Shown here: in pieces, positions 12,501 through 27,500 of the stretch
Position numbering within the stretch: the stretch's first letter is position 1
Layout: every line of letters starts with the position of its first letter
NCBI GenBank assembly: GCA_965153285.1
Contig: OZ229113.1
Strand: one strand, 5' to 3'
From: Podarcis tiliguerta
Taxonomy: Eukaryota
DNA: 64,000 nt
Notes under the pieces: generated by a model
The model's input: the letters and a program-made list of their open reading frames with translations, nothing else
What the model was told of the DNA's origin: nothing
The model's database searches: none
Position numbers and translations under genes: made by a program

Positions 12501-15500
12501 AGTGAACAGAAAACGGCATTCAATAGGAGTGATCCCTCCTGCCCTGGACTCTGTGTTGGAAGAAAATTATGTAGTTCTTAAAAATGCTAAACCCTTTTAA
12601 GACTTACCAGTTCATGCTCAATGGTGGTGTGTCCAACATGGTCTCTTAACTATACCAGCCATCCTGGGCTTTTTTCATGACTAGCCATGGATGCCTTTTT
12701 GTGTCTAATGTGTCAGTCCTGAGAAAACATTTTAAAATGAAACGTTTGTTCTAATCAAATGTGGCTCTTTAACTTGACTTAAAAGAACACAAAGATGGAA
12801 TAGCCTTAATATTTAAAGTGATCCCTGTCTTGGAAGAGAGAGGGGACATTCAAAAGCTTTCAACAAGCCCAAAGGTGGTGTTGATGGGATATATAACTGG
12901 AAATCCCCACAGGACCTGCCATGACATAAAACAGACTTAGGCGGTGCTGGTTGTTGTTAAGTCTCGGTCTTCTTTAGCAGCCTGCCTGAAAATACATGGG
13001 CTGCCATCCTCTGTAGCAATGTAATTTTTCCCATTAGTCATCCAAAGAGAAAATTCAAAATTGTTCAGTTTTTTTAGCTGGAAATGTTCCGTACTGTTTT
13101 AAGTTCTTCTTTTTAAAAAAGCCAAAATAAAATGTGTTTGCTCCAAAGACAAGAGACAGGATAAACAACTGATAAATAAAAATATAGTCAAATGCACACT
13201 TGTTCTGAAAGCCACATCTATAGTTTCTTCAGGAAGATAGTATCGTTTGGCAAAGCTGCATAGTAGAATCTGGTCTCAGGTAGTCCAGCGACTCATCTAG
13301 ACACCTTCTTGTGCTCTGATTTGTGGTTCTTGACAGTCACTACTATAATGGTTCTTTCAGACCCATTGGCAGATCTGCCAGATTTCCTTGGGGAAATCCT
13401 AAGAATAATATAGACCACTTTCTATTATTTAATGGACATTATATCATATGGAAAGATTAGGAGGTGAACCAGAAGTTTGTCTAGACAAAAACATTGTTTT
13501 TCACTTTTCCTTACCCCAATATTCTGCTTTGACTTTATGGAGAACTGTGTTTTTACTAACTCTGTTTTCCTGGCTGAACTCTTAAGCTACTGAGATCTGC
13601 TTTTTATGCAGATGTTCTAGCAAATGAGCATCCAGGCAGGAGAGATATGGAAAACTGAAACCCTAGCACAAATTTCTAAAGAACCATGTTGTTCTGTAGA
13701 GTTTGCCTTGACGTGTCAGCATCTCTTAGAGGATAATTTAAAAAATCAAGTTTCTGGCTTTTGACTTTGCAATTAGGAGCCAGATGATTTTTGACAGCCT
13801 TTCAAGCAGTGGGAGCAAGCATTTCTACTTATACTCTGCTGAAATTCAAGCATTGTGCATATACACTTCTGAATGCTATCGTAGCACAATCGGAGATCTG
13901 GTTGATGGTAACCCAGTCCTGACAGCCACAGCATCTCTTGTACTTCAGAGAGCCAAGACAGCTGAAAATCCACTTCTGCAGTATTTGTACAATCCAATTT
14001 TAAACATGTTTATCTGCAAGTAAATCTCTTTGGCTGCGTGACCGTTTAATAGCAAGCCCAAGAGTATAAGCTGATAACAAATAATGGTGTAAGCCCGGCT
14101 AGTGATGTTGGTTTATTTGGGCAATGCAAACCACAACCTTGGATTTGGATGAAACTAAGCCAGCTGCCTTTTTATTATTTGTTTCTCTGCTCTCAAGGAC
14201 TAGAATGGTGAAACAGCCCTTGTGAACTACCTAGCATGGTTTATGAAACTTCAGTTAGTATTTAGCGCTATGTGTAAATGCAGCCATTGAGTTCAATAGG
14301 CTGATAGGTTAGTTTAGAATTATAGCCTTAGAGGAAGGAGAATAAGCTGTGCAAGTTTGAAAAGGAAAGGAAAGGAAATCTCAAGATGGCCTAATGATTT
14401 CCATCCTGCTTGCTGTAGGCCTAATTATGATAGAGAGCTTGTCTCTTATTCTTCTCATCCAACAGACATCTCACCGAATGCAACTAAACAGAGAGGTGCC
14501 ACTGATTCTGTACACTCAGTGTACTTCTGTTACCAATATTATCTGGAAAGCATCTATAGCTTTAAAAGCTGCCTTGAATAGGGTGCCTCTTTTCTGCATT
14601 GAAAGTATTCGGTTGGTCACTGGGAATTTCTTCGCCTTTGCATCCCAAATTAGTAATTATTTTGATGCAGGTTAAGGGGGAGGAGCAAAATGTTTTTCAT
14701 ATGATCTTACATTGCCTGCGGGTGGGAAAAGCAGGAGAGGAATTCTCATCTGTAGTACATAAACTGCATCCAAAATTCAACAGCAGCCCCCTCCTACTTG
14801 ATTGAAGTTTGAGAGCTTGGCAGGGTATTAAGTCGTTGAACTGTCAGCAAGGCTGTTCTTTGACAGCTGACAAGAGTGCAGGAATGAGGCTTATCCAGCA
14901 AGCCTTTTATTCCTTCCTGCTAAATCCTCTGTCTGAGAGTCAGTGTGAAGAGACTAGCTGGAGCACTCCTGTCAAAGCCAAAACTTGCCCCAGCCATCCT
15001 ATTCCCTATAGGTCTTCCAAATGCTGGATATGATTAGCTGACATCCCATTTACCTTCAACTTTCTTCTATTTCCTAATGAGGACATGAAAATGTTGTTGG
15101 TGCTTCTGTTTGGAAGCAAGCTGCTCCAGTGAATTATGTGGGCTGGTTCAGATTATCATATACCATTATGCTGAGCCAAGAACAAGCCTTTTGGCCGCAC
15201 ATGAGCAGCTCTTTTGCTCCTCCCTTCCCACTAACAAACCAGGGAGACATTGATTAACTATTGCTTCCTGTATCAGCCAAACCAGGAAATTAATTGTTTT
15301 GGAACAAGTAAGGGTATCAATCCAACTTCAAACTAAGTTTTCATATCCTGGCTTGTTCAGAAACTGTTAACCATAGTTTCCTTGTTGGACAAAATAGTAA
15401 ACTGTAGCAAAGCGGGGAGCAAGGGAACTGTGTGTGCATCCATAAGCCTCATTCAGATCTTGACATTAAGGTGAGGTATGATTGGCCAACCCAGCCCTTT

Positions 15501-18500
15501 TTGTGGCTCATTAACTAGCTTTCCCTCTATGACCTTTATAAATATTGGTAGTGCATTGTATTCCTTCTTTTCTGGGATCCTAAATATGGTTGCTAAGAGC
15601 AGAAAGTAGGCCCTTCATAGTTCTTTCAGACTTGTGATTATGAAACTGTCAGAAATTGTATTTTTAAAAAAACAGTAAAGTTAACTTGAAGGGTATATTC
15701 AGTTTATAGCACTGGCATTCAACACCAGGAACAAGTAAATGTGGGATGCTCTCCAATATTGGCTTGCTCTAGTGCCAGCTTTCCTCTGCCAAGGTCGCTG
15801 AAGTGGGCAATAAAATGAATGGTAAAGCAGTGTAGAGAAACCTGACACGCTCTTGGCATGCCCTTCCAAAATGGGGAGCATGTTCATTAAAATGAAACAT
15901 TTCCCTGAGAGGCAGACTTTGCAATTGCAATGCAGTGTTCTGTAACCAGAATGTTGTATTATGAAATTCCTACAGTATAGTGTGACTTACTAAATGTTGG
16001 CTTTAGAATCTGCCTTTTGTTTGACTTGGGGCTGTATGCCATGAAGATACTCCATTTCTGGGAATTACATGGTCCACTGTCACCAGCTAAGTAGTAAATG
16101 CCCCATCCTATGCCATGACTTGCAAGATGCCAAAAGAATGTTGCCGTTCTGAAATGATAAATGTGAAAATGTAGCCTGTATTCTGAATTGGTCTTTATTT
16201 CATACTTTTGTTTCCTTGTCTGTCTCCCTGCTTTTCAAAATGCTCCGCAGAGCCAACTTACCATGTGTTTCTGAATGCGACTAAAACACCTAAGTATGCA
16301 GAAGATCCCACAGAATTGGAATGTAGGATCACAGAGGCGCAGAACACTGAAACAAATGTGCGTTTCACTGTCTCATGGTACTACCGATTACCTATGCGCA
16401 GTGATGAAGTAGTGAAAGATGAACTTCTTGCCACCATGGATGCAGACTGGACGCTGGTAGTTGGGGACAGAAGCAAACAACGGGCCCAGAATGGGGAAAT
16501 TATTTTCTCTAAGCCAACTGTGGACACTTTCCGCTTACGAATCCAGTGGACCTCTGAAGCAGACAGAGGAGATTATTATTGTGTAATTTCTTCATGGAGC
16601 AGGCAACGAAATAACAGCTGGATAAAGATCAAGGATGTGGCTTCTGTGCCTGTAAGCATTTTATGGTCTACACAAGGTAGGAATCTTGTACAGCCTGACT
16701 TTAAAAACTTGTGATGCAAATTGTTGGTGACTCAGTGGCTTGCCTTTAGAGACTCCGAGATGGAAAATTTCTAAAGGGTTTTGATAGATGTATATACATC
16801 TGCCATTGCCATCTTTGGATGGGAAAGTGGATGAAAGTGGCCAATGATGAGATCAAAGAGCACAGTACCATTCAGGAATGTTCAGCACAATCAACAATAA
16901 TTCCAAGCTAAGGTTGCTAAGAGTCCTGTGCTAGAAATATTTTAGGACAGCGTACACAGGGCTACTAGTGCATCGGGGCTTCCCCGCTTTCCTGTCCCCC
17001 AGCTCCAGCTCCCTCCACTCCCCCCCCCCAATTGACTTGGAGGCATCAGGAGAACACCCAAAACAATGTGTGGAGGGAGAAGAGGGGAAATGATTCCATC
17101 CAGCAAGCACTCTGGCAATGTTGAATTCCTCCCACAGGGTGTTATTAAACTAAAATTTCCTCAGAGTGGTCCTACTGAAATGAATGAACATGGCTAGGTT
17201 AGGTCAATTAATTTCAGCAAGTCTGCTTTTAGTAAAGCTTAGTTGAATATCACCCACACCATCACAAACTCTTGTCCAAACTCCTTCTGGCAATGTACCA
17301 GGAAGCAGCTTGAAATGTATGTGAAGGTGGAGTCCTGAGGAAATAGCAGCTGCAGGGAACTGGTGCAAGGAGTTGTGCAAGAGATTGAAGGTTTATCTGG
17401 AATTCTTAGAGTTCATCAGATGCAGACTACACAGTCAGGATATTTTTTCACACCCAGGTGACAAGAGAAAAATTTAAAAAATGATATTACGTTTGTTTTG
17501 TTTAGAACGATTTACAGACCATTTAATCACTCTACTCTTAAGTAGATGTGGAAGTGGGGACATAGAAGATGGACCACAATGCTGGTTGTCATGGTGGCCT
17601 TGGATATCCAGCCCCCTCGGCCTCATGATTAGAGTGAAGGAAATCAAGTAATTGACTTGGATCATTATCAGATTCCTGTTCTTTTAATAGAGTAAACTAA
17701 CAGCTGTTTTTGGTTAGAGCTTTTATCTGATGGAAAGTTGTGTCTAGACAGCAGCCAACAGTCCTGATTGGGCACTCCTGCACATAACTTAACTTGAGTG
17801 TGGGAAACATGCTTTAAAAAGGCAAACTGCCCTTTTCCTTGGAACACCTTGTGTTCATTGCCTGTAGAAAGCACAAGCAGAAACTTGCATTAGTTCCCGA
17901 AAGCCCTGTGATCTGGCCATGTGATATTCAAGAACAGACCAAAGTAGCCTCGAAGTCTGGGCTGTAAAGGGTGGAAGAAACAGAAGCAGCATTTCCAAAT
18001 CCACATGCTTCAGAGCTGTCAGCATTCACCTTCATGAAGATTTTTCGGAATGTAATTATTTGTCGGCGGCAGCTACAATACTGTGTCATACTCTGCACTA
18101 AGGGCTGACTTGAAAGTTCATGTGATCAATGGCTTCAGTTCTTGTTGAATGCCCGGGACAAGTAGCTACTTCTGAACCTGAGTTTTTCTGTCTCCATTTT
18201 TACATGCGGGGATCTGCCACAAGGTGTTTGTAAGAATGAAAACACCACGGTGAATCAGAGTTGCTGTGTTCTTTTTCTGTCAACTTGCTTTGAGTATGTG
18301 TTTACTGAACCAGTCGAGAGGCAGTTTTGCCATGAGGCTAGATAGTGTACAGTATGCTGCACCAGGTATCCAATTAAAGCACTGAATCTGGGCTTCAAGT
18401 GTTAGATTGAAACAATTCATGCTAGTATTCCTTTTTGAGTGATGGTCTCAGCAATACAAAGGCAAGCCTTCGGTGGTACTTTGGACAGTTCTGTGTGTGG

Positions 18501-21500
18501 CCCAGGCTGGAGGTTGTATTCAGCAGCAGTCATCCCCAGACTAGGTCTTAGAGCTGCAGTTTATCAGAGTTGCTAGCTCTGTCTTTCGTGGGAGCAGCCC
18601 CTTCATTTAAACGGACTCTGCTTGCTTTATCATTCACTGACTCTGGCAGAGCGGGCAAGGCTGTGGTTCTTCTAAGGCTTCTGAGCTGGAGTTCTCAGAG
18701 GAAGGCAATGCAGCATCCAGCAGCTGGACAGGCACTGACACAATGGGCTCCTCTTTTTCCAAGTGTAAATTTGAGGCTGACCATCTTCCACCCTGAGTTC
18801 CTGGTCTCATCCCCTGGAGAAGGATGTCACGATCCCAGTGTCATGGCAGACAGGCTCATTGTCAAAGCCCTGCATTACAAGAAAGGCAAAATAAATAAAT
18901 AAATACCCCTGTGTTTTCTATTAACAGTGGGGGGAAAAAGCACATTTTTTGTACAATTTCCCTTATTCTGCAAATTTCATTAGTTTACATGATTTTATTT
19001 TGGTTTCTTTTAATGATGTGGTGCAAGAGGTATGCAGAGCACTGAAGCCCCATTGCCAACCAGGAGGTTGTTTTTTTTTTTAAGGCATTTGCAAGCCACT
19101 CTATAATAAACATTCTTGGCATTTACAGAATTAAAATAAAATAAATGAAAACTTAAGCTTTGTGCTTAAATTAGTCATACAATGAGTACCATAAAAGTAT
19201 GGGAGGAGGTAAAAATCAAGACCTTAAAACAAAAGCTAAAAGAGCAAAGAATGAAACCGAAAATCTAAAACAGATTCAAAAGGCTGCAGCAACCTTAAAA
19301 GGCCTGGGGGAAAAACCTAATCTGGCACCAGAAAATCTGAAGTAGTTTCTGCTGTGCCGTTCATTGGTTGAGGCATGCTTTTCAAGATAGGTATCTTCCT
19401 TCTTCCTCTTGCTTGGTAACGAAAAGTTAACTGATAAAGAAGAGACCAAGTCAGCAGGGAAATCCTGGCTTTGTGTCTAAGAGTGTCACATAGTGAATGG
19501 ACAGCTTGCAGCTCAGTGCAAAAATTCAGTGCAAAAGGAATAAATTAGTGGATCAGGAGGAAAGATCTGTGGCTCACTTAATTTATGGACATGCGGTGAT
19601 TATTTTAGTAACTAGATGCTTACTGAAACATCCAAGCTTGGAGCTGAAGTTTCTGGCGCTAACACCACACTGGCAAACCTTTTGAGAGCAAGTGTGCACT
19701 TCAGCTGTGAGATGGGACTAGGAGAATGTTCCTTGGCCATGGGCTTCTATCTAATACAGTAATATCTTTCAAAGGATGAAGAACTAAGTACACGTATGCA
19801 TTGCACAACTCACTATCGTCAGGCAGGAATGCTTAAATTAGCAGCCCATACTTCCATCGCAAACACTAAAACTCATTCTCTTGGGATCTCTTTCTGGGTC
19901 ATAGAATTAAGTTTTGTTGTGTTTTAAAAGCAGCTTATTGGCTGCCTGATGAACGCCAGGCTGCTCTGCAATTTTGTGCTCCATTGGGCCAAGCAGGTAT
20001 TGCCCATGGGCAAGCACTTGAGTGGCAACCAGCACATTCACCCTGTGCTCTCCACGTACTTGCTGCTGCTCACCAGAGAGCTATGTGAGCAGTGCTGGTC
20101 CACTGCAGCATCAGTTGCATACATGGAACTCTCTTAAGGAGCTAGTAGCCCTTTGTGGCTAAAAAGGAGGGGAGAGTCATGCCTACACTGTCATGTTTAG
20201 CACTGGGCCATCACTGTTGCTGCCGTCAGGGATAGAATTGGGGCAGAAGTCCTGGGCCCCTCTGGACAGGGGGTTCCCCTAGATGCAGCAGGACTGGCTT
20301 GCCACATTTCAAAGCAAGAATTAAAGATGGGTCCCTGTAAGATTGTCTGGAATAATGTCCATTACCATCTAAAGAGCCCTACCTCCACTTTTCATAGACC
20401 ATTAGGTCTAGAGTCCAAAATTTATCTAATGGATTATAGTCTTGCAGATGCATTTGTGGTGTGTTTTCCAACCTTAAAATAATGTTTGTTTGTTGATTTG
20501 TTTTTATTATTTAAGCAATTTATGTACTGCAAAGCTATAATTGTCTCCAAATGGTTTACAAGGCTGGGATGGTTGTGTGGCAGTATCGGAGGAAGGGGAT
20601 CAGAAGGGAGGCAGCAGCAACAGTGCAGGCAAGCAGAGCGAGGCTGAGAGATCAGTGCCTTGAATATGTGTCCAAATTCAAAAGCGTTGCATGAAAAATA
20701 AGACCTTTGAAAAACAAAACGCCTTTTCGCATACATTTGATGCAGTGCAGTCTTTATCATATATATTGCTGTTCCAAGAGAGCTTGACCTTTTTAAAAAT
20801 TCTGACCTTTCCTAGATTATGACTCGGACGGCAAATTGCCAACAATATCTGTGATCTAGTCCTTCTGCTTGTGATCTATTCCTCCTTCCTCTTTTATTAT
20901 AATGAGTGACCTGTTCCCCTTTGCTCAGTGGCATTATCTATTTCCAGCATTTGTACCCTGCCTTCCTATAATAATCAAGATAACTTACATTGGTCAATAG
21001 AAATACACAACAACCCATATGCATCAATAAATTAATATTAAAGTAACAGAAAGCATCACAGTATCAGATAGGATCTTGCTTTAAAGCAGCATCCAGAAAA
21101 ACATTGTGAAACAGGGCAGTTTCTGCTGCCTCCTGGAAGCTGATCAGCTGTTTCTCAGGAGTTAGGCACCACAGCAGAGAAGGCCCTGTCTTTTATAGGC
21201 CCCTGCTGTGTTCCTGTTGGCAGAAGAGCAGAGAGCAGGGCATCTGGCTTATAAAGGGTGCATTTGGGAGGCAACTTTGACCTAATATACCTGCAGTGGC
21301 TCAGATAATAGTTTTCCTTCCTTAGTACAATTTATTCTCAGCATATTTGGGACTCAAAATCCTGTGGGAAAATAAGAGAGGGCTTCAGCAAAGACAAAAG
21401 CCTCTCTATGTCTTCAGTTCATTGAGGGGAGCTAAGCGTATACCACATCCATACGAAATACCCAAATCTGATTTTAAAAACAGAACTCTGCAAGTAAAAT

Positions 21501-24500
21501 TAGTTTTGGTAGACTGCAAACCATGGTTTCAGGGCAATCTTAGTTAACTCAAGCCCTGCTTTGACTAACATCTAAAGCAAAATATAGAGCAGGCAGTGTG
21601 GGATTGGGGGAGGGGAGCATGTGGGCCTGCTGTGCGGTACTGCACATGGTTTTCAGATGTGACCTGAAGTTAGTTTGTGTGAAACAAGTCTGCTGATTGG
21701 TTTATATTCATGCACCAAATGTATGGATTCCTCTGGTGGCTGATAAAAATGTGACATTTTAAAATTTGTGTGACATACTTGGGCTAAGAATGTTTTCCTC
21801 CTCCTGGACTGGAATGGAAGCTTTTCTTTGTAAAGTACAGTATCCAAATTGCTTGTCACTCATACGAGGCTTTTTAGCTGTTGTGTCTCTTGAGAGAAAT
21901 GTAGCATAAACAGTATAATAGCTGCTCAGACTTTAAAATGTAGCCTTGTTTGTGAAAGACAGGTTTATCCCATTTTTGTTAGACTGTGGAAATCTGTTTA
22001 TACTCTTTTGGATGTGCTTTGAGTGATCTGAAATGTGGTGGCTGCATGTGTGGCATTCTCTCCCCCTGCTTTTTTATTTATTTTAAAGTAAACACGGTTT
22101 TCCTTGATATTTTAGCAAGCTCCATTTCTTGCCAGATGTGCAAAACAGTATTTTGACAGTTCATCTTTGTTTCTGATGCTGGTTCCCCGCCCTTCCGTCC
22201 CCCCCTCTTGCTTTTCAAATCCCTTTTCTTCTTACCAAGTGATGAGTTTGGGTCTCATGTGCTTAACTTAATTTTGAGTTGCTCTGTATAAACCAAATAA
22301 CATTAAAACTAAACTATGTAAACTGAATTACATAGGTCTGTGCATATGTTTTTACTAGACTTTGCAGCTCCTTAAAGCACTTGACCTGAGGGTTGTTGAT
22401 TATGATCTGCAGTGGAATGGCTCTCTGCAGGGACTGAACATTGGTGGTCCTAGCCTCAGGCAGATGATTTGGACATAAAAGCAGTCAGAATATGTGGCTT
22501 AGCTCCAGATTTGCGATAGTCCTGACCTCCTGTTGACCCAGGTAGGTCATGTTGTATTTGAGGTCCTATGTTCACAACTTCCTCACCGTTGTCTGCCACC
22601 ATCTCTGTAACACTATCTCATGATTTAGCCTTCAGCATTGCATTCTAGAGTTTGTGGCAATCTGAATTTTGTTAAGATTAAGTGCCTCAGGCCCACTGCT
22701 GTTCATAGGCTGGAGGTTCTCTGTGTTGGACTTAAGTCTCTGTGGATTGCACACAGCTCTTGTTTGTAGGATATCTATTTTTATTACTTATTTTAAATTT
22801 TGTTTTATGAGAAGCATTGAGACCTAGGAACGTTTTGCCTATAGTTTTTAACCACGATTTGTGACTATAGGCAAAACTTTCCCAGGCAATGTGAATTGGC
22901 CCAATGGCTTGAAGAAGTAGAAATACTTGAACTAGAGATCTGTAGAGTTCACTCTGAACATTCCAGTTTTTGGAAATATTAAGGACGCTATAGGACTCCC
23001 TTCACTATGTCTGCAAACCTGAATATCTGGGGAGGAAGATTGGGCAGTGGCAATACAGTGGTACCTCGGGTTAAGAACTTAATTCTTTCTGGAGGTCCGT
23101 TCTTAACCTGAAACTGTTCTTAACCTGAAGCACCACTTTAGCTAATGGGGTCTCCCCCTGCTGCCACACTGCCGCCGCACGATTTCTGTTCTTATCCTGA
23201 AGCAAAGTTCTTAACCCAAGGTACTATTTCTGGGTTAGCGGAGTCTGTAACCTGAAGCGTCTGTAACCTGAAGTGTCTGTAACCCGAGGTACCACTGTAG
23301 TGACCTTGAGAAAAGGTCAATGTGCTACACTGGCCAGTCCTAAAATGCGAAAGATGGGCAGAATAAACAGGTAGGAGGCTAAGGGGAAAGGGAATATTCA
23401 AACTGAAATACTCCATAACTATTCCACTAGACTCTTATTTTTAACAATATCCACCGACCTTCTCTCTCTCCCCGCACCTTACATCGTACCTGATGTCTGT
23501 TCTACTCCTGGATCCTTTAACATACTATTTTCTAAACTCGACTATTTTAATGGCATTCTCTCAATATGTCATGCTGATACAACAATAATTATAGGTGACT
23601 TAATCTGAGTCTGTAATAGTTCCTGCGCTTTCAAGGGATGTTTGTGAGGGATATTGAAGATACTGAGACAATGTACCTAGTGTTAGAAAAGACTTAACAG
23701 CCAGCTAGTTAAAATGCAAATCTTGACCAGACATTTTCCTTTTAATCTGAAGATTTGCATCTAGAATAGAAAACTAAATCTGGCATTTATCTGATTGTAT
23801 GCTGCCAGAGCAGAATTATAACAAATCCATCCCCTTTCAAACATGCTTTCAGTAGTTGTAGGATGTTGAAACATTGCTTGAGAATAATTGCCTGCCCGTG
23901 AGGGTCCCTTACATGTTTTCCAATAAATAAATAGCGTGCTGGGTAAGCTTACATACTGCCAAAAAGAGGGCGCAGATTTGCATAAATTTGCATGTGTTTA
24001 TATAATATGCAAACTTAGAAATAGTGGGTGGAATTTGACGTCACACTGTTACAAATGTTTCATCAGCACAAGCATATCAGCTCCCCTCTCCTCTCGCTAC
24101 TGTTCTCCCAACCACCCACCCCAAACCAATTTAGGGAGGCACAGGGGAGGGGAGCAGAGTCCTATTGTGAAGCCTTCTGCTGGCAGGGTTTGTAAGGTGA
24201 ATCTGACCCAATGACTGTAATAGAAATAGAAGTGCAATACATCTCTCACTGTCAAGGGCAAGGCTGGCCCAGTTGACCTGTGTGCCTATTCAGTCTGCTG
24301 TCCAGGAGCTAAGTGCTGATGGTCAGCCTCTGCTCTTCCTCCTTATAGTTCTTTCAATTGAAACTGGACTTGGACTGAACAGCCCTTAAACCAGAGGATG
24401 ACTTCAAAGTAAAGCAAAGCAGGACATAATAGCTACCCTAAGTGAGCATCATATTTGGGACTGACCTATGGTACTTAAAAAACAACAATACCACACACAT

Positions 24501-27500
24501 ACACAGTGTAAGTATGTATATGGCCATGCCACAAAACTAGTAAGGCTCTCTCAGCCTTTAAAATTTTTCCTCTTTTCATTTCACCACTATACACTTCATA
24601 AGAGTGTAGGCACTTGGTGTTTTTGAAGGTTAACTTTACTGTATCTAGAGCACTGTGGATTGCATTAAATGCAAAATACTGTACTCCACTGACAAGTCTA
24701 AGATAGATACTTAGTCCTTGTAAGATCGATCACAAACGGAAACTGAGAGCTAAGTGGCAAATCAAGGAGTACTTCTTAAGAACAGGCCTGCCTTTCAGAG
24801 ACAAGAATCAGTAGCTTTTTACTGACAAGCTTCTCCTATCTCTTATTCATATTTAATATCTCTTGATCATCAAAGGCAAGTTTTTAGAGGCAGAGGAGGA
24901 GGAATAGAAATTACGGCTGGGTTCGGAAGGAGTTCAATATACCAGTCAAGCTACTATAAACTACTTCCCTTGTTGCTAATCTGATTTTCTTTTTGAAGCT
25001 GAAATTTTATCCTGTAAAGGAGTAGGGAAACTGGTTTGATTTTCAGCTTAGAACAGATAAAGGAAGATAGCAAATTATAGAGATCGGTGCCTGAAACTAA
25101 AATTTACAATACCATAAACTATTAAATTAAAGAAGCATTAAATTGGTTAAACATCAGTGAGCAAAATCAACATACATCCCCTGCCCACTTCACTTTTAAA
25201 ATCGCATAGTCATAAATGGACAGTATAAACCGACACTGACACAGGATTCAAGCTTTATGAAAACAAACATTTACCAAGTCAATCAGTTTTTATAAGTCCC
25301 CTCCTAGTTCATCAGTTCATTTAAAACAGCAGTGAAGAAGCTGCAGACCACAGACATAATTTGGTCCTCAAGACATCCCAGTTTGTCTCACTAGGTTATT
25401 TGACCAAACCATGTCCATCTGCCCTAGGCCTGACGTCATATATGACATATGGAATGTTCAGGGAGCTCCGCGGATCTCTAATTTAAACTTCTTCCTGCCA
25501 TTGGCCCAATTTATATATCACATTAAAAATAAGCTATTCATATATGATGCCAGGTGCAGGTCAGATAAAGATATATCTGGCCTAAAGGGGCTTTGCCAGG
25601 ATCACTGATCAGCTGAGTGACAGCATCTTCAAAGCCATGTGCAATTCCCTGTACACAGTGCTTTGTAAGTATGGATAGTCAACTGATTGTTTTGGTAAAG
25701 TGGCTCACCTGATATCATTGTGATGTTAGGTGACTGACAATGCTACCCACCTGTCAAAACTTGACCCACAGGAGTTCAGGGGAATAAGTATGTGGCTCAT
25801 CAGCCAGATTCAATTCCCAACTTAAAATTAGATGTATAGAGGTAGCCATAAGAACTCATCATTCCTTGGGTATAGCTTTGCTGAAGAAAACATAATACCA
25901 GTTCAGTTCGGCTAAACACTGATAATCTGATCTGTGCTAGAGATGCTAATTCAAAATTAATTCAGTTTCACGATCTTAGATCTTGTGTATCAAATCTAAA
26001 TTCCCTAGACAGCAACTCTCCCCCCCCCCCCCGCAAAAAGAACATATTTTTGGGGCTGAGCAAGGTCTAAAGGGTCAGCAGAATTGGCTTTCTCAAGATC
26101 TATCTTTAAGATGTCCTAAGTATCATAACTGAGCCATACACTCAGTACTGTACAAAGCTGGGCTGAACTACTTTGGGACAGTCTCATACCTAGTACTCAA
26201 AAGTCTCTTGGTACCTCAAGGTACTTCAAGGCTGGTGCCACTGTCTACCAATTTAGGCTGGTTGGAAACCGTATACAACTGACCCTAATATTTGTGGAGT
26301 AATTACAATTACACTTTAAAGGGAACACCATGTAACTAGGGGGGTTTCTAATATGAGCTAGACATGGTACTGAATTGTGAAATTAACCTCCTTTTTCACT
26401 CCTGGCAAAAAATAAAATAAAATAAAATAAATCATTACAGAGAAAATCAAACAAAATAAATGTATTTATTGCTCCCTTCTGTTACCAGGAAAGAAGACAT
26501 TGGTTCTTAGTTGTTTAAAAATTGTGTCCAAAATCCTAGACTTTTTTTAAAAGGGGAAATTGTTTCTGGCATGTCTTGTCTTTCAGGGAACAAGGGAGAT
26601 ACCAGGAGATGTAGGAGGAGTGTTTCTTGGTTTCCGTATAGACTGTCTTGAGTATACTCAAGGCAGGATGGGGGGTGAGGGAGAGGAGAGGGAATTAACT
26701 GAACAAACTTGCATCTTATTATAGCAAAAACAATTTACCTAGAAGAGGGGAGGAAATGTGAATAGGGAGTTGGATTGTTGCCCTGTGATTACAGGAAGGC
26801 AGGCATTTGTCTGGGCAGTCGAGGGCAGAAGGCCAGGCTACCTCTCTCATTATTAAAGTACTTAACATTAGCCCACGGGAAAACAGAAGGGCAGGATTTG
26901 GAAAGGTGTCAAATTCAAATTTACCCAGGGGATATATGAGCAAATGGATGTGTTTAAAACTAGGTTGTTGGGCTTTCCAAGTTGGAGGCTTTGGTACAGA
27001 CTTGTAACAATGCATCTTGGGTTCCCTACCCTCTCACACACAAGGCAGATCTTTTGTATGTGTGGCTGAGCCTGGGGGTGGTGGAAACCACCTTCCTGAC
27101 CATTGGACCCACTATTGGTCCTGTCCACTCAATCTGCTGTCTTTGCGTGCAGCGGAATCCGTAACTTGCTGAGGGTTTGAGACCCTTGGGCTACCCTCCC
27201 CTGGTTTAATCAGCCAGTCGAAGCCGTTCCCAAGGTGTGGCCACTGTCACATGCTGACAGTTCCCATGAGCCACAGGTGAGAGTTGAGTTCAGAGTGGGG
27301 ACCAAAGATGGACAGACTACCCCAGAAGGAGCACAGCGTGTCCCTCACCAGAGGTACTACCCCTCCCCTAACACCCCATACACCCTGTGACTGCAGATAA
27401 GCTTAAGACAAAATGCTATATACAGCAATAGCCCTCTTGTAAATCACTATCTCTGGCCTTGGATCCACTTACCGTGTGCCTTACTCTCCAGCCTGCTGTT

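Noticed and set aside
14090-15500. Scattered short degenerate palindromic repeats (aaaccatggttt-type and aatcctat...ataggat-type, also near 1340, 17140, 21500 and 38430)
   Set aside because: Probably ancient squamate DNA-transposon remnants, but too decayed to place boundaries or assign a family.
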